From Geosiphon pyriformis uo1 (lineage: Eukaryota > Fungi > Glomeromycota): a stretch of 52,465 bases of DNA. The DNA lies in the NCBI GenBank assembly GCA_016748015.1, contig JAAOMT010000270.1, forward strand, positions 1-52,465. Reading direction: 5' to 3'. Shown piece by piece: positions 12,926-27,505 of the stretch (position 1 is the stretch's first letter; each line of letters starts with the position of its first letter). The notes beneath the pieces are model-generated. The model was not told the DNA's origin. It searched no databases and saw only the letters and a program-made list of their open reading frames with translations. The position numbers and the translations under genes were made by a program.

Positions 12926-14012
12926 GCTACGTATTACATTAAATTTTGTGCAATAAAGTCAAAAAGTTTCAAAACTCAATAGGATCACAGCGCAACAGCT
13001 TGTGAAAGTATGCAGTATAGGTTTAACAGGACTAAGAAATTATCCAAAGAAAAATGATAAAAACTTTTTTTTTGACTCCAAACGTTCCCAGAATTTTCAT
13101 GAAATTTGGTAATCACTGCTCATTTTCAGAATAATCAAGAACAATATTAGAAACTTTGAACTAAAAAATAAGAATTACTTTTAAACTTTATTTGGATATT
13201 ATTTAAAATTATTAAGATATTTAAAATTAGATTATTAAAATATAAATTTATATAAATTTATACAAATGACCTAATTAAGAGAGTGTGAATTGAATTTTAA
13301 CGTTTCATTTTATTAGTCAAAAAATATATAAAAAAATATATATATTTATTTTCGGTTTATACAAAAATTTTTTTGATTTAATTTAGTTAAAAATATGAAA
13401 ATTCAATAAATTCTCTATATTCGTTCTGAAAAAATTTTCTAATAAATAGTTAAGATAATAGGTTTCTATGTTTGACAATATGTTTTAATATATATGTCAA
13501 AACAAGTGTTGAAATCTCATTTTATCAATTATAAATTTTTAAATTAACAATCTAAAGTATTAAGGTTTTTGAAATTTCCAAAGACACTTTTACTAATTAA
13601 ATCAAATTTATTTAAAAAAAAAAAAAAAACCATTTTTTTTTAATCTTTCGTTAACATTTTTTAAAAATAAAAAAACTTTAAAAAGTAAATAAATATAGAA
13701 TTTATAAATATTATAATAAAAGTGAATAAAAAAATTAATCTCAAAAAAGAGTAAACTAAAGAACAAGATATAATTTATTTAATAAAATCAATGAATTATA
13801 AAATGAATAATAAAATCAATTATTTTAATTTCACTACTACTTTCTTCAATGTAATTTTTTTTAATGATATTTTTTCTTTGAGCTTTAAATTTAAATTAAA
13901 AGGAGTTCATAATTTGTCCGAATTCCAAACTTTCGATTCAGTTTATTCTTTATTTATTTGATCTTTTATCGGGTTTGAGAATGTTTGTGAAACTGTTTAA
14001 TTCAAAATTTTG

Positions 14013-14069
14013 TACATACACACACACACATATACATACACATACATACACATACACATACACACACAC
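14013..14069. repeat. Compound (CA)n/(TACA)n microsatellite
   Basis: Directly visible. Confidence 0.9.
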
Positions 14070-14797
14070 GTATATCAATTAAACACAATGGCTAATCTTT
14101 ATTCAGAATAAAGAATTCCCAAATATTTAGATTTAAAGGTTAAACAAGTATTCCACTTTTAATGGGAGAAAGACACCTTAAAAGTTAATTAATGTATAAT
14201 GCATAAGTTTTAATTCAATTGATTCATAAAGAGAACACGAATACTGTTTTTTAAAAAGGTAAACTTTTAACCTTCAAGACTATTAAATTCTAGTAAGCGT
14301 TAATGATGACTATTCTTGTTAATTAATACTCACTTATTAACGGTGCTCTTATTACCTACTATTGTTTTGGTATAACATATCTAATTTTTTTTTAAAAAAA
14401 AACAAAGGTTCCCCAGGCTCAACCCTATTAACTATACCTATAATCGATAATAACCATCAACTTTTGAAAGATAACTCACTTGGATTGTGATTATTGACCA
14501 TGAAATTGCTAAAAATCTTGTTAGGCGTATAAAATTAATTTAGATTTATATTTATTGATTCAAAATATAATAAGATTGTTAAAAGAACGCATACTAAAAT
14601 TTCAAATTTCAAAGTTTTGTAAAAATATATGACAGAGATCTAACTTTTAAAAAAGAGTACCAAAAAACTGAAAAGAATATTAATTATTATGACGTGTAAA
14701 CTTAAGATAATCTTTCGCGCATTTATATAATGAAAAAAATTGTTTAAAGGTTGAAATTGGGACCTATTATTATGATTTAAATTTTTAAAATGGAAAA

Positions 14798-14862
14798 CAT
14801 CATCATCATCATCATCATCATCATTATCACTATCATAATAACAGATTGAAAAATTCCGATAT

Positions 14863-14925
<63 letters not shown>
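14798..14925. repeat. (CAT)n and long (ATT)n microsatellites downstream of the 7-TM gene
   Basis: (CAT)n ~14798-14823; (ATT)n ~14864-14925 abutting the stop codon. Confidence 0.9.
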
Positions 14926-15884
14926 GTTCTTAAAGTCAATTCGTTCTATCATACCAGTGCTAAGAACGCCTCGTTCTAGAGCGAGACCATTGGCTGATCT
15001 ACGATAAATAATAATTTGTATGAGCCATTCAACAAAATTCTCGTAAGGTGGTACCGCTAAAGCTAGCGAAAATGAACTCCTTAGAATTACATCTAGAGTA
15101 TCGGTAAGATATTCAAAACGAGAAGGATTATTATCACTAATTAGAATACAAAATAAATAGAAAACTAAATAAAAAAGGGATACTAAAAGTAAGTTTGCCA
15201 TATACCAAGTAGCAATAGCAATATTTTGCGGATTTATACTAGGTTTTTCAGGGGTATTTCTTGCTAAAGGATTCATGTGTTGATAAAATATCGGTTTAAA
15301 TGTGTAAATATAAGTGAAAAAAATGGTAACCATTCCAAGAAATCGATATGTGTATACTTTTAGAAAGATATTTTGCTTAAATTTTTTGGTGAATACCAAT
15401 ACAGTAAATACGATATTTAAAATGTTAAAGAAGAAGATGAAAAATATGCTTATTTTGAAAATGATTGTATTCCAGTTGTCTTTTGAATAAAATTTTCGAC
15501 CCATTTGAAGAACCAAGATTGATATAGTTGTTGTGTAGATAGCGTCAATGATACCTGTTGTAGATATTCTTAATTTATATATTTTAAAATCGTCACTTCT
15601 TTGTCGATTTATAACTCCTACTACCATTGAAAGACATAGAAAACAATTTGCCATAAAACTAGATATATTTTCAAAAATAAAATAAAATAAAATAAAATAA
15701 AAAAATAAGCAAATAATTTTATTAAAAATTTTAAAAAGAGTTTAAAACTTTATTTGACACATTACCAGGCTATCCTTAACTTTGTATAATTTCGAATGCA
15801 ATGATAACCTATTGTCAACGTAAATACAGGTGTAAAAAATAATCCAAGCGCATGAACAGCAACTTGGTCAGATTTTGGTTCCAT
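14923..15884 (-). CDS. Seven-transmembrane (GPCR-like topology) hypothetical protein, ~284 aa, 2 exons
   Basis: Exon 1 15884-15766 (MEPKSDQVAVHALGLFFTPVFTLTIGYHCIRNYTKLRIA), intron GTAATG...CTAG 15765-15659, exon 2 15658-14923 in frame with the 243-aa ORF; seven hydrophobic segments by eye. Confidence 0.8.
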
Positions 15885-16347
15885 TTCACATATATATTGG
15901 AGGGGGGAGAGAAGATAATCAAAGAATGTATGAAAATTCAAGAAGTTTTTAAATGTAAAAAATGAAGGAATAACTGATGGTTTTTTAAGGGAGAAAATTC
16001 TTAAAAATTATTTTTGTGCAAAAAAAAAACTTCAATAGAAACAAGTATTTTGTGCAAATTTTTTACACAAAAATTTTAAAAACTGCAATAATTAAGACTT
16101 TAATCTTATGATGATGATAATGATGATTATATATGGTGTTTCACAGAAAATCGATCACAAAAAAAATATTTTTAAGAGTTATACACAAAAAGGGGCGGGT
16201 GGTCTACTTTTCTTAATTTTATTTAAATAATTAGAATTTTTTCACTTTCTTTCGTCGGCGTTATATTTCTTTTTGATCAATTTTGGACAAAAGATTTTGT
16301 GACTAATTTAAGGGTAAATATACATGCAAGAAATTATATATGGAAAG

Positions 16348-16353
<6 letters not shown>

Positions 16354-16386
<33 letters not shown>
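16354..16386. repeat. (TA)n microsatellite
   Basis: Directly visible. Confidence 0.95.
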
Positions 16387-16388
<2 letters not shown>

Positions 16389-16846
16389 CATCTTTACAAC
16401 TTTAGTGTGCCCTAATGATAATATATATAATAAATTCTAAATGCCTTCTGAAATTTACTCGAAAAGTTCCCGTATTTCATATGTTTTACAAAAAGATATA
16501 TTCGACCCGGTAATATGCTGTGCGAGAAGAATTTAAAGAAAAAGCGATTTTCATAAATTAGTGTAAAATTCAATTAAAAATTCGGACAATTAAAGAACAC
16601 GTGGGTGATCTTTTAAATGAAAAAATATGATTTAAACTAACACATGTGTCTGAATCTAAATCAGTCTAAAATCTGCAAGAAATTTGATTTCAGAAATTTA
16701 TCCTAAAAAATTTTTTGTAGAAATCTGAAATTATTAATTAAGTAAAGAATCTTTCCAATATAATTGTAAACTTTTTGTCAAATCCTTTGAACAATATTAA
16801 TGTTTTGTTCAACTCCAGAGATCAGAATTGTTTACGAAATCATTTA

Positions 16847-16880
<34 letters not shown>

Positions 16881-16883
16881 GTA
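16847..16883. repeat. (TA)n(TATG)n microsatellite
   Basis: Directly visible. Confidence 0.9.
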
Positions 16884-17351
16884 TTACCAACGGATTAATT
16901 TTTTGATTTAATCCGATATTTAATGATGTAGTACAGAAAAATCAAACTAACTATATTTATTTTTATAGAATAAAAATAAAAATTAATTATATATATATAT
17001 ATATTTTAATAATATATAAATTTAAGTGCATGATTACCATTGACTGAATTAGTTTGAAAGGAAAAAATGATTTAAAGTTTTTAAATTAATACATTTATAA
17101 AATGTATCCAAATCAAGTTTATATTTTAATTTTCATTTATTCAAGATATTTTTGTGCTTCAATTTTTTATGTTTTTAAATCATCTCTCAATACATTTCAA
17201 AAGCAGTGATTATGCTCTTATTCACAAATTTTTCTGAACTAATCGTTTAGACGAAAAAACAATGATACAATGGGAAAGTCGTTTGGTGTTTTTGTATACT
17301 ATAACTACTTAAATTATTAATACTTAAACATGTTTAATCAATAATGGTTCA

Positions 17352-17375
17352 AGGGAAAGGGAAAGGGAAAGGGAA
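17352..17375. repeat. (AGGGAA)4 microsatellite
   Basis: Directly visible. Confidence 0.85.
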
Positions 17376-17894
17376 AAAAACTAATACAAACGGAAAACAG
17401 TGTCAAAAGGAAGTAGAAAAAAGATTTTAGCATCAAATATTACACACTTGCCTGCAAGCACGCTTTTTAATAAATTAATAAAGCTGTCCATTTTAACATA
17501 ATCAAGGATATCTATTGTGTTGACACTCTTCATACTGGTTACAATCATGAGCATATGGATGAGAGTGTTTATTCATAAGACTGTGTGATTCGCTACAAAT
17601 CAATCCCACTAAATGGATTTGCAATATTATACATAAAATCACCAAAAAAACGTTTCCAATTGTCTTATTGTATTTTAACCAACAATAATAAAACGGTTAG
17701 AAAACAATTTAAGCTTCGCGTGATGCATAAAAAACACACCATAATATTGAAATTTTTTTTGTAATAAACAGAAAAGGCACTTTTAACATTTTATTATTGT
17801 TAGCTCTTGATTTTTCTTCAGATGTTTCGATTGAAAAATGAAAATTTTATGCATTATTTGATTTATTAGAAAATATTAAATAAAACGTTGTTTT

Positions 17895-17922
17895 TGTTGT
17901 TGTTGTTGTTGTTGTTGTTGTT
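17895..17922. repeat. (TTG)n microsatellite
   Basis: Directly visible. Confidence 0.9.
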
Positions 17923-20900
17923 TCAATTTCAAATTGATTAGGCTAATATAAATCAATAACTCTAAATTCATGCATACATGCTAATATTTAGATTAGGTCA
18001 TAATCAATCAATCAGATGGCTGGCATCTTGTACAAAAGATTTTACAACAAGAAATATGGTTTCAAAATTTCAAAAGCAAGTTAAGTTTACTATCCTGCTT
18101 TTAAACAAACCATCCCATCCAAAATTAAATATTTTAAATTCATCATATATTATGCATTTGGATATTCTTGCCTTTGTAAGCTAATTACATTTTAATTTAC
18201 ATTATTTTACTTATAAATTTGTTCCTGTTATTTCAAGAAAAATCAAAGAATTCTAAATTATAGAGCACTTCTACAAAGAAAAATTTTTATATGATAATAT
18301 AAACTCAAAAAATTTTGTTTAATTCATGACAGTTAAGAAACTCTGCAGGTCTTAGTAATGAAGAAGTTGATTGAAAAAAAAAGCATAAACTCTTGAATAT
18401 TTAACTTTGTAACGTGGTGCATTTTCAAAAAAAAATTACTTTGAACCAATTTCGGAATGGTTGATTATATCCACGTGTTTATTGTAACTAAGGCAATTAA
18501 ATATTGATTTTAATTAAAAAATTTTTTTTTTGAAGTCTCTATTAAGGAAGCAGTAATATTATTACATAGGCTAAACAAATATTTAAACCATCATATTTAT
18601 TTATTTGACAGATTTTTTCATGCTCAAAAGGTTTTAATAATATTCGGATAAAAGAGCATTGTTTTAATTATTTGAAATTTTTTAGATATATTTAAGTAAT
18701 TCAATCCTATTATGATCTTCTATCTGACAAGACAAATGTACCATAGTATATAATTAATCTAACTATAAACTTATAACGCCAAATTAAAAAATAAATATAA
18801 AGTTATTAAAATTGCGTTCATTATGCGGCAAGTAATTATCAATCGCCATATATACATGTGTAAATGATTACACAGTAATTGATAATCGCTAGCTTTAATG
18901 TTTTCTCTTGACAATTCTGAATAAATGTTGTTGTTGTGTTATATACAGAGATAAATCACTTTTTATTTGTGAGAATACTATAAAATTATTTTCAGGAAGA
19001 ATTGGAATTATTACAGCTTTTAACTTTTATATACACAAAAACATCAATTATATATTAAGAGCAGAAGAAGATTCAAGTTCAACAAAACAGAATTTCTTTA
19101 AAGAACTTCATTAATGACATAGAAAAAGCGATTATTATTAAAATTCTTTTCTATATTTATTAATCAATTATTTATCTAGACATATCTTTTTAGACAAGTT
19201 CAACTTTATTGTATTGTTAATTTTTAGATAGAAAGATTTCGAGATTTTAAATCTTAAAAGTAAAATTAAACAAATAATGATAAAGCATTCATATATTCTC
19301 TTGGTGGGGCAAATTTTTAGCTAGCTAATTATTATATGAGAAATAAAAAAATTTTTAATTGTCTTTGATTAGAAAAAAGATTTTTAGGCAATAAAATTAA
19401 AAATACCATTGGTTAATACCAAAAATTTACTCTGAACATTAAAAAAAACTACTTCAACAGAAGCTATTTATCGTTTCTATTTTTGAAATACGGCAAGTTT
19501 CCAAGAATTAGTGTCAGATTGATTTGAGTTTCATATTTAAAAATGACCAAATATGAATTTGTGGTTCGTTGATTAATGATTTTTCAATCGAATAAAATTG
19601 TCCTTTTGAGAATATCCAAGATGAATTCAAAAGAATATTTATTTATTTTTAAACATAGAAAAGAATTTTCTGTCGATGTTAGATTACTCCTAACCTTATT
19701 TAAGTCATAATTCAATACTATTAATTGGATGACTTGATATTTAAGATTTTCAAATCTGTGTGTTTTAGGGTCATTAGGGTAGAGTCGTTGAAAAATGATT
19801 TTTACCAAACTCGCTACGTATGTTAAAGAATTTTAATTTAATTTTTTTAAAAAAGATTTTCATGAAAATATGATGAATTTGAAAAAAAATTCTCAATAAT
19901 GTAAATTTTGTGTAAATAATAAAAAATCAATTGCCCAATAAACCATTTTGTAATTAATTTTAATATATGCACAACAAAAAAAATATATAATATGATATAA
20001 TAAATAAAAATGTGGCATATATTTAAAATATAATTTTTTTTGTTATATTATGAAATATAAATTTCGAATTTTTATATTATTAGTAAATACACAATTTATG
20101 AAATTTATTTAATGAATAATATTTAGTTTTGAAATCTGTTTCAAAATAAATTTTCAGTAATAATATTCGGATTATTATGGTTGTTGTGGTAAATATGTAT
20201 TTGGAGACCGATAAATTTAAAGTTAATATTGAATGATAACACATTAATTTAATAATGAGAAGGATTCCATTTTATTATACAAATTAATGAGTTAAAATTT
20301 TTTAAAATGGTATCAAAAACTTTATTCAAAAAATCGTTTTGATCAAAATAGAAGAATTTTATTAAAAGGTAAAAAAATAAAAATGAAAATGCTGTTTATA
20401 AGTTAATTTCGCCTATCGATTGTCAAGTTTATTTTTTGTCACAGACTGCATATATTAAAAATGTCATACCCAATTTCCCTATAACAATAATAATAATAAT
20501 AATAATAAATTCCTACATAATGAATTCTGTAAAATCCAATATCTTAAAAATGATCTGATGATGCTTGGCATATTGGAAAACAAATATTTTTCTAGACCTC
20601 TAACCACTTTGAAAAATTTGAAATTGGACTATTAGAAATTTCTCATTTTTAGTAGAATACCAAAATTTCAAGCATAAATTAGAAGTCTTTTTCACAGCCA
20701 CTCGGAATAACAATTAAAATCCAATTATATGTTCTTAATTTTTTCAAACAAGAAAAATTTTAAGTTTGTTATTTGCTCATTAATTTCAAATCCGAGATAA
20801 CAAATTTAAATTAATACTATTACTAATAATGTTTCAGTTTGGGGCAACGGAACAATAAAGTGACCCTCATTTAGAATCCAAAAATTTTACTTTTTTTTTT

Positions 20901-21488
20901 TTTTTTTTACCTTGAAGCAATTAATTTACATAGTAATATCTTGCTTTAAAATATTTTCTTTTTAATAAAAGCAATTCTGACACTTTATCTCTTTTTCGTG
21001 TAAAAAAATATAAAGAATTTCCTAATTTACCAATGATAAAATTAAAAGAACAAAATTACTATATATGTCTATGATTAACATTCCGGAATACAGGCTTCTG
21101 AATATTCAGCCGAAAAATTAAGTTGGGGCTTGAATTCATTTATTCTGAGATGGAAAATATTTTCTCACTCTGTAGATCTTTGATGATCTCACTATATTTA
21201 ATTTTTTCTGCATTTCGACATTCCTATTCCCATTGATACAAAAAAAATTAAAAATTTTTCTAATTTTAAAATTGAGCATAAATTTTAGTTTTTTTGAATT
21301 TGGTTCATTCATTTTTGATTAAAATACCGATGATGCATATAGATAAATGTATATTATTTTAAAAAAAAACTTAAAAAAAAAGGTTAAAAAAATGGGTAAT
21401 TGATCCGTGAATTTAGAAGTTTTCAATGAATTAGTACATATATAATTCTATTTAAAAGCCTCAACTAAAATTTTGACTTATAGAAGTA

Positions 21489-21523
21489 ATTTAACAAGAG
21501 CCACACTCTGGCTCTTGTTAAAT
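21489..21523. repeat. Perfect 15-bp inverted repeat with 5-nt loop
   Basis: ATTTAACAAGAGCCA-CACTC-TGGCTCTTGTTAAAT; extends imperfectly to ~21473-21539. Confidence 0.9.
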
Positions 21524-21695
21524 ATTTCTTGTGGTCAATAAAAAAATTTCTCGATGATAGGTTTAATATTTGAAAAGAAGAAAAATAATCTTATATAAGT
21601 TCGTTGCAATTTCTTTTCATTGAAAAAAATAATAAATCCTGAATTTAGCTTAAAATTTGTAATTTCTAATCTCATTATTAATTCAAGGAAAAAAA

Positions 21696-22280
21696 ATGAT
21701 TCCTAAAAATTTCTTCTGGAAATTTACTTTTTTATTTCTTATTGGACTATCTAAAATCTTTTCAACTGCGGGTAGTTAGTTTTTTTTATATCATACTAAT
21801 CTGCTTAAAAACACACATTTTTATTTATTGATTATCTACTCTTATTATTAAAACCGTAATTAGGAAACGCGTGTACGGATTGTAAAGGCAACAAAAATAT
21901 TACTACAGGTATTCCATTTAATATGATAACCTATGGTATCAGTAAACTTAGACCCCTTAATTCAAAATATTTTTAAATTCTCAGTTAATGGATTTCCTAC
22001 CGATTTTAAGAGTAGCACCTCTATCAGCATCACATCTACCACTGCCATCACTACCGCTCCTACTTCTATTTATACTGCTACTTGGACCCCGATTCCACAA
22101 AGACCTTTTTATTGTACCCTAAATTGTGTCCGAGGAAAACACTGTGAAATAGTCGGCTATCAGCAGCTATGCGTAAACAATAACCCATATCCATATGATG
22201 AACCAAAGCCAAAGCCATTTTGTGCTGATTATGAGTGCTTTGAACCGCATCCCTCACCTCAAACATTTCATGGACTTTAA
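21696..22280 (+). CDS. Small secreted cysteine-rich protein, 138 aa, 3 exons (candidate effector/cell-surface protein)
   Basis: Exons 21696-21771, 21864-21908, 21985-22280 (417 nt, in frame, GT-AG). Signal-like MIPKNFFWKFTFLFLIGLSKIFSTA, CTDC, Ser/Thr-rich linker, CTLNCVRGKHCEIVGYQQLC, CADYEC; 8 Cys. Confidence 0.8.
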
Positions 22281-24949
22281 TGTATCATTGGTTTGTCGAA
22301 TATGTATTTTGAGTTTTTTTTTTACGTAAATATCAAAATCCTTTATGAACCGAGATATTTTTGGATATTGCTTTTCAAATGTAATTTTTTTATCTTTTCA
22401 ATTTTCCGCACAATTTTAAATATATACCATGAGAACCATTTCGTTTATTTAACAAAAATAACTTTTTACAAATTTTTTTAATATTTTTCTACAAAAAAGA
22501 AAAACTTGTTTGTGAAAAAATGAGTGTAAAAAGCCCCTCCAATTTATTAATTTCAGGTGATAACCTTTTTCAGCCAGTCAATTGTTTATAATAAAAACCT
22601 TCAAAGGTTTTTTGCAGTGGAAACACTGCATTAATTAATTAGTAAAAATATGATCACATATTCTTCGAATTTTTATAATCAAGATGAAAAAGCCCAATAT
22701 ATGTAAAATTCTTACTTATAATAAATACGCACTTAGACCTTATGACACAGTGCAAACTTCAGGAAAATACAACTTCTATTTGGATTAACTGAACAATTTT
22801 ATCAAGGGCAAATGGAATTAATAGTTGGTTTTTGAGATTTAGATAATCATTTGTCTTTTATTATCATCGAAATTGATCTTTGTTAAACAATTTGTCACTT
22901 TGATTATTCTTTTTCCACTTATTTTTATTGAAATTTTCTTCACTACTAATAACCTATTAATACATTACTATGAGTGCAAAATATTCAAAATAATAAGAAT
23001 TAAATGCTTCTTTTGCTGTTAAATTTTTTAAAATTTGGCAATTATATATATTTTTTTGAAATTCAAAACCGAAAATTTCTTTTTATCCAAGCTGTATGTT
23101 GATTTATCTAATCGTTGCACAGTAATGAATTTCTACTCTAATCATTAAGCTATACTTTTAATTTGTCAAGAGGAATTTATGCATATAAATCAAGAGAAAA
23201 TTGTCAAGTGAAAACAGATATCCATTTCACTGTCAAAATTTGAACTTTACAATTCTTTCAACCAATAAGTTTATAATACTAACCACCTGATAGCAAGCTT
23301 GAACAATTTTTTTTTACAGATTTTATTTTTTTTATAGAAAATGGCTGTATTCACTTAGTTTTATTGTCAAATTGACTTCAATATATAAGAAACTTAAAAA
23401 TGTAATTGATATGAGATTTTTGGATAATTATTATAAACCAAAATTTATTATCTTTTTTGAGTTATTACAAACTTGGCCAATGTGAGTTGATAAAAATTTT
23501 TCTTCAACATCTTCAAGAATTTATGTTTTACTTTAAATCTAGGAATCTATTATTGAAAAAATTATGCTCTCTAGTTGTAGTGTTACTTTATTTATTGCAA
23601 AATTTATATTCAATTTTTTATGTCATTTCAGTATAAAACTCATTCTTATTTCTAAACCAATTAGTAAAATTCTGATAATATCTGCTAATTTTCTAATTCA
23701 CATGAATAAAAACACAATAATTATTTATACTGTAAACAACTATGCAGTATTAATAAGTAATATTCTTCTTGCTACAATAAATTTTTACTAACTTAAAAAC
23801 AACAAAAAAATAGATTTAATTAGTATATTAAACATTTTAATAGACAATTTTAAATATTATTTGAAGTACTAATTCAAAGTTTTTATTTTTTAATAGATTT
23901 TAAAAAAGATAGAACAAAATTTAATAAAAAATTTTAACACTTATTGTAAAACATAATAAAAAAGAAAATATAATATGAAAATGCTTTTATAAAACTAATT
24001 TGGGTTTTTTGATTTTAATAAAAAAATATTAAATCAGTTTGAATATATTAAATTATAATAAAACTAATCATTTCTAAGAATTCAATACAAACTTATTCAT
24101 TAATATGATAAAATAATGCTTTAATTTCTATTATTTAAGATAACAAAACTTAAATAATTCAAAAATATGAAATAATTCTTTAAGATATTTATACAAATTG
24201 AATAATCAAAAAAACCCAATTAGTTATAAAATATTAACTAAATAAAAGTTAATAAAAAATCAATTAGTGTTTTATAATCTTTTTTGTCTAATATATTAAT
24301 AATAAAATTTTTTTAGTGTTAAACAAATTAAAATACAAAAATACAATTTTCTAATAAAAATATTTATTAAATTATAATTTCAAGTTTTTAATATTTAATA
24401 AATCTAAAATAAATATACGGTTATATTATTTTTATTATTAATTTTTTAATACATTAGCAATTGTAATTTTAAACCTATTTATAATAATTAAAAAATTTTT
24501 ACATATTGATTTGTTTTTTGTTAAAAGATTTATTTTGCTAAATTTATATAATTTATTATTATTATTTTATTTGCTATTTAATAAATTGTTACTTTGATTT
24601 ATAATAATATAATTTAAGATATAATTCAATAAAATTTAAGTTAAACAATTTAATTTTGTATTTTTTAAATTCGAAATTAAAAAATTGTTTATTTTTAATG
24701 TATTATTAACTATTTTAAAACTTAAAAAAATATAATCTTTAATAAACAAAAAACATTTTTAATAATATTAGTTACAATAAAATAATTTTTGTTTTGGTTA
24801 AAATTTTGATTTTGTTTATATATATATTTTTTTATTTTTTTTTTTTTATTTAATTATTATATTAATTTTTTATTAAGTTTAATATATTAAATTTTTTTAT
24901 TGTTTTTTGTGTAAATAAACTTGATTAATTAAGTATTTTTCTATTTTTT

Positions 24950-25220
24950 AGATAATAAATTTGTTCAATTGTTTAAATTTAATATCTAAATTAGATAATT
25001 TATTTATTAATAGATTAAATATTTAAGTGTAATTAACTTTTTGTTTTCTCAATTCATAAATTCTAGCCAATATAATGGTTTTTTATAAATTATTGAAAAT
25101 TATAAACATAAATAATTTCTTAATAAACTAATTTAATAATCTAATAATACTATTTAAATTTCAAAAAAGCTGTCTTAAATATAGTAAAATTGGTGAATTT
25201 TGTGGCTTAATTTTGATATC
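24950..25220 (-). mobile_element. Possible Ty3/gypsy-type gag (capsid) relic
   Basis: Minus-strand fragments KPQ..TNFTIFKTAFL, NSIIRLLN*F, QLNKFI resemble recalled fungal gag pattern F..FK.AFL..F....I.RL...LNQFI.GL; heavily decayed. Confidence 0.35.
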
Positions 25221-27505
25221 ATAAATTTGTTATGTTTCAAAGAAAAAATAAAATTGCTTATATTAATTTAATGCCATTTTAATAACAATGGTTTTTTCAA
25301 TTACTAATAATGAGAATATTAATATAATTGAAATTAAATTTTCTAATACTAATTTGAAGCAATATAATTTAAAACAATTAATTTTAAAATTTGAATAACA
25401 ATAAAATTTAAAATCAAGTTTTTTTTATGTTTTTTTTGATTAGTAATTTTTTTTAAATAATTTTTTTTTAATTATTAATTAATTTAATATTAATAGTAAT
25501 TATGATAATAAAATTAACATAAATAATCTTGTTTTGAATTTTTTAAAAAAAGTTTTATATTTTTTAAGAAGTTTTTATTTTCCAAATTCTTTTGAAATAA
25601 ATAATATAAATTTTTGAGTTTAATAATATTATCAAAAGTTTTAATCATTTTTGTGATGTTGTTAATGTTGTTTTGCTGTCAATTTTATTGTTAATAAAAC
25701 TAGTAAATTCTAGATAAACTAATTTATTTTCGAAGTATTTTTTTATATTTTGAATTATTATTGTTGTTGAATTTATAATAAAATAGCCAATTCTGTGTGA
25801 ATTACTTTGTATTGTTACTTTGCGATAAAATTTAATTTTTTTACAGAAATTTTCATCTGTAAGCTTCTTAATAATATATAATTATTTTGCTGTAAAAGTC
25901 AAAAAGTCTCAATTATAAATTATCCAATAATATTAGAAAAATAATTAAAATAAAAAAAAATGCAGAGGAAATTGTTTTTGGTCTAAACCTAAAATTAACT
26001 AAGTAATTACTAAAATTAGTAGCTAAGCAATTTTAGAATATTAGTTAAAATTTTAAATTTTAAACAGCAATACTTTTAAAAAAAGTTTGGATTTCAAAGT
26101 AAATTTTATTTAATTGCTTTTTTGTAACTAAATTGATTATTTTGAGCTAATATAATTTCTAAGAAAATTAGTTCTAGTTAAAATATTTTTTTTGAAAAAA
26201 AAAGTTCTTTATTTATACAACTTATTATAATACTATTCTATAATTTTGTATTTTTGCTAATATTTTGATAAATTAAAAATATATTTTGATAAACTACAAG
26301 TTGTTTTTATAAACTATTAAATATTTTAGTAAACTGTTAAATATTTCGTCGAATGTAATTTTATTTAAATAATAGTTAGTATTGTTTTTATATTTTTAAA
26401 GATAATAAAAAGTTTTTTTTGCATATTTTTCTAGTTTTTAATAAATTTTATAATGATTAATGTAAAATTATATGTCTATTAATAATTGGTATATTGTCAA
26501 AATTTTTTGAAAAATTTTTTTTGTAAATTTTGGGACTTTTTTGGCTTTTAAGAAATATTAAATTTGTTTATTAATGTAAAAATTAAGTTTTGATTTAGCT
26601 AAAAAACAGTTGTTTGTTAATTCCAAATTTTTTAAATAATATTTGTATTTTGATTTTGTCACTTTTGTTAATTATTAATAATAGTAATTATTTTTTGTAA
26701 ATTATATCTTACAAAAAACACTAAGTATTAGAAATAATTTTTTGAGTTATGTTTTATAATTCAATACGATAATTTTTTAATATATTTTGAAGGTTTTAAT
26801 AGATCCAAAGATTTTAGCTTTGAATTTTTTATATAAAATACAAAGATTCATAATTTAGTAACTAATAATACTTGGTATCTTATTTTTTAACATAAAAGCT
26901 GATTTATTTTAATGTTTTTTACTTATTTAGTAAATATTTAACTTTTAATAAGTTAAAATATGTTTATATTTTTATCCTTTACTAAATAACTTTAATATTA
27001 TAATCTTAGTATTTATTCTTTAATCAATTAGTTTATTAATAAAATAATACAATAAATAAAAAATCAATTAGTCAAATAAAAATTAATATTTTATTAATAA
27101 TTATAATTAAGAGTTATTAATTTAATATAATAATATTTATAAAGTAATGTTTTTAGTATTTTTTGTTTTACAAACCAGGATAAATAAAATAAATATTTAA
27201 TAAAATAAATAAAATTTATGAAGTTTTGTTTAGTTTAATTAATAAGTTTATTTAATTATTGAGTTGTAATTTTAAGTTTTAAATTATTTAAAAAATTAGA
27301 ATTTAAGCTAAATTAAATGTTTTTTTATTACTATTATATATATAAAATTTTAGTAATACAAAATATTCTGGTATTTTTATATTTTTTTGGTATTTCTAAA
27401 ATTTTTAGCACTTTTAATATTCTTAAATATTTTTGTGCATTTTTGAAATTTTTGGTATTATGTTATTTTTTTAGTTATATACTTAATTGGCTAATATATT
27501 ATATT

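Noticed and set aside
14640-14939. 99-aa poly-N/poly-D ORF
   Set aside because: Consists of microsatellites in the 3' region of the 7-TM gene, with no ATG-supported structure.
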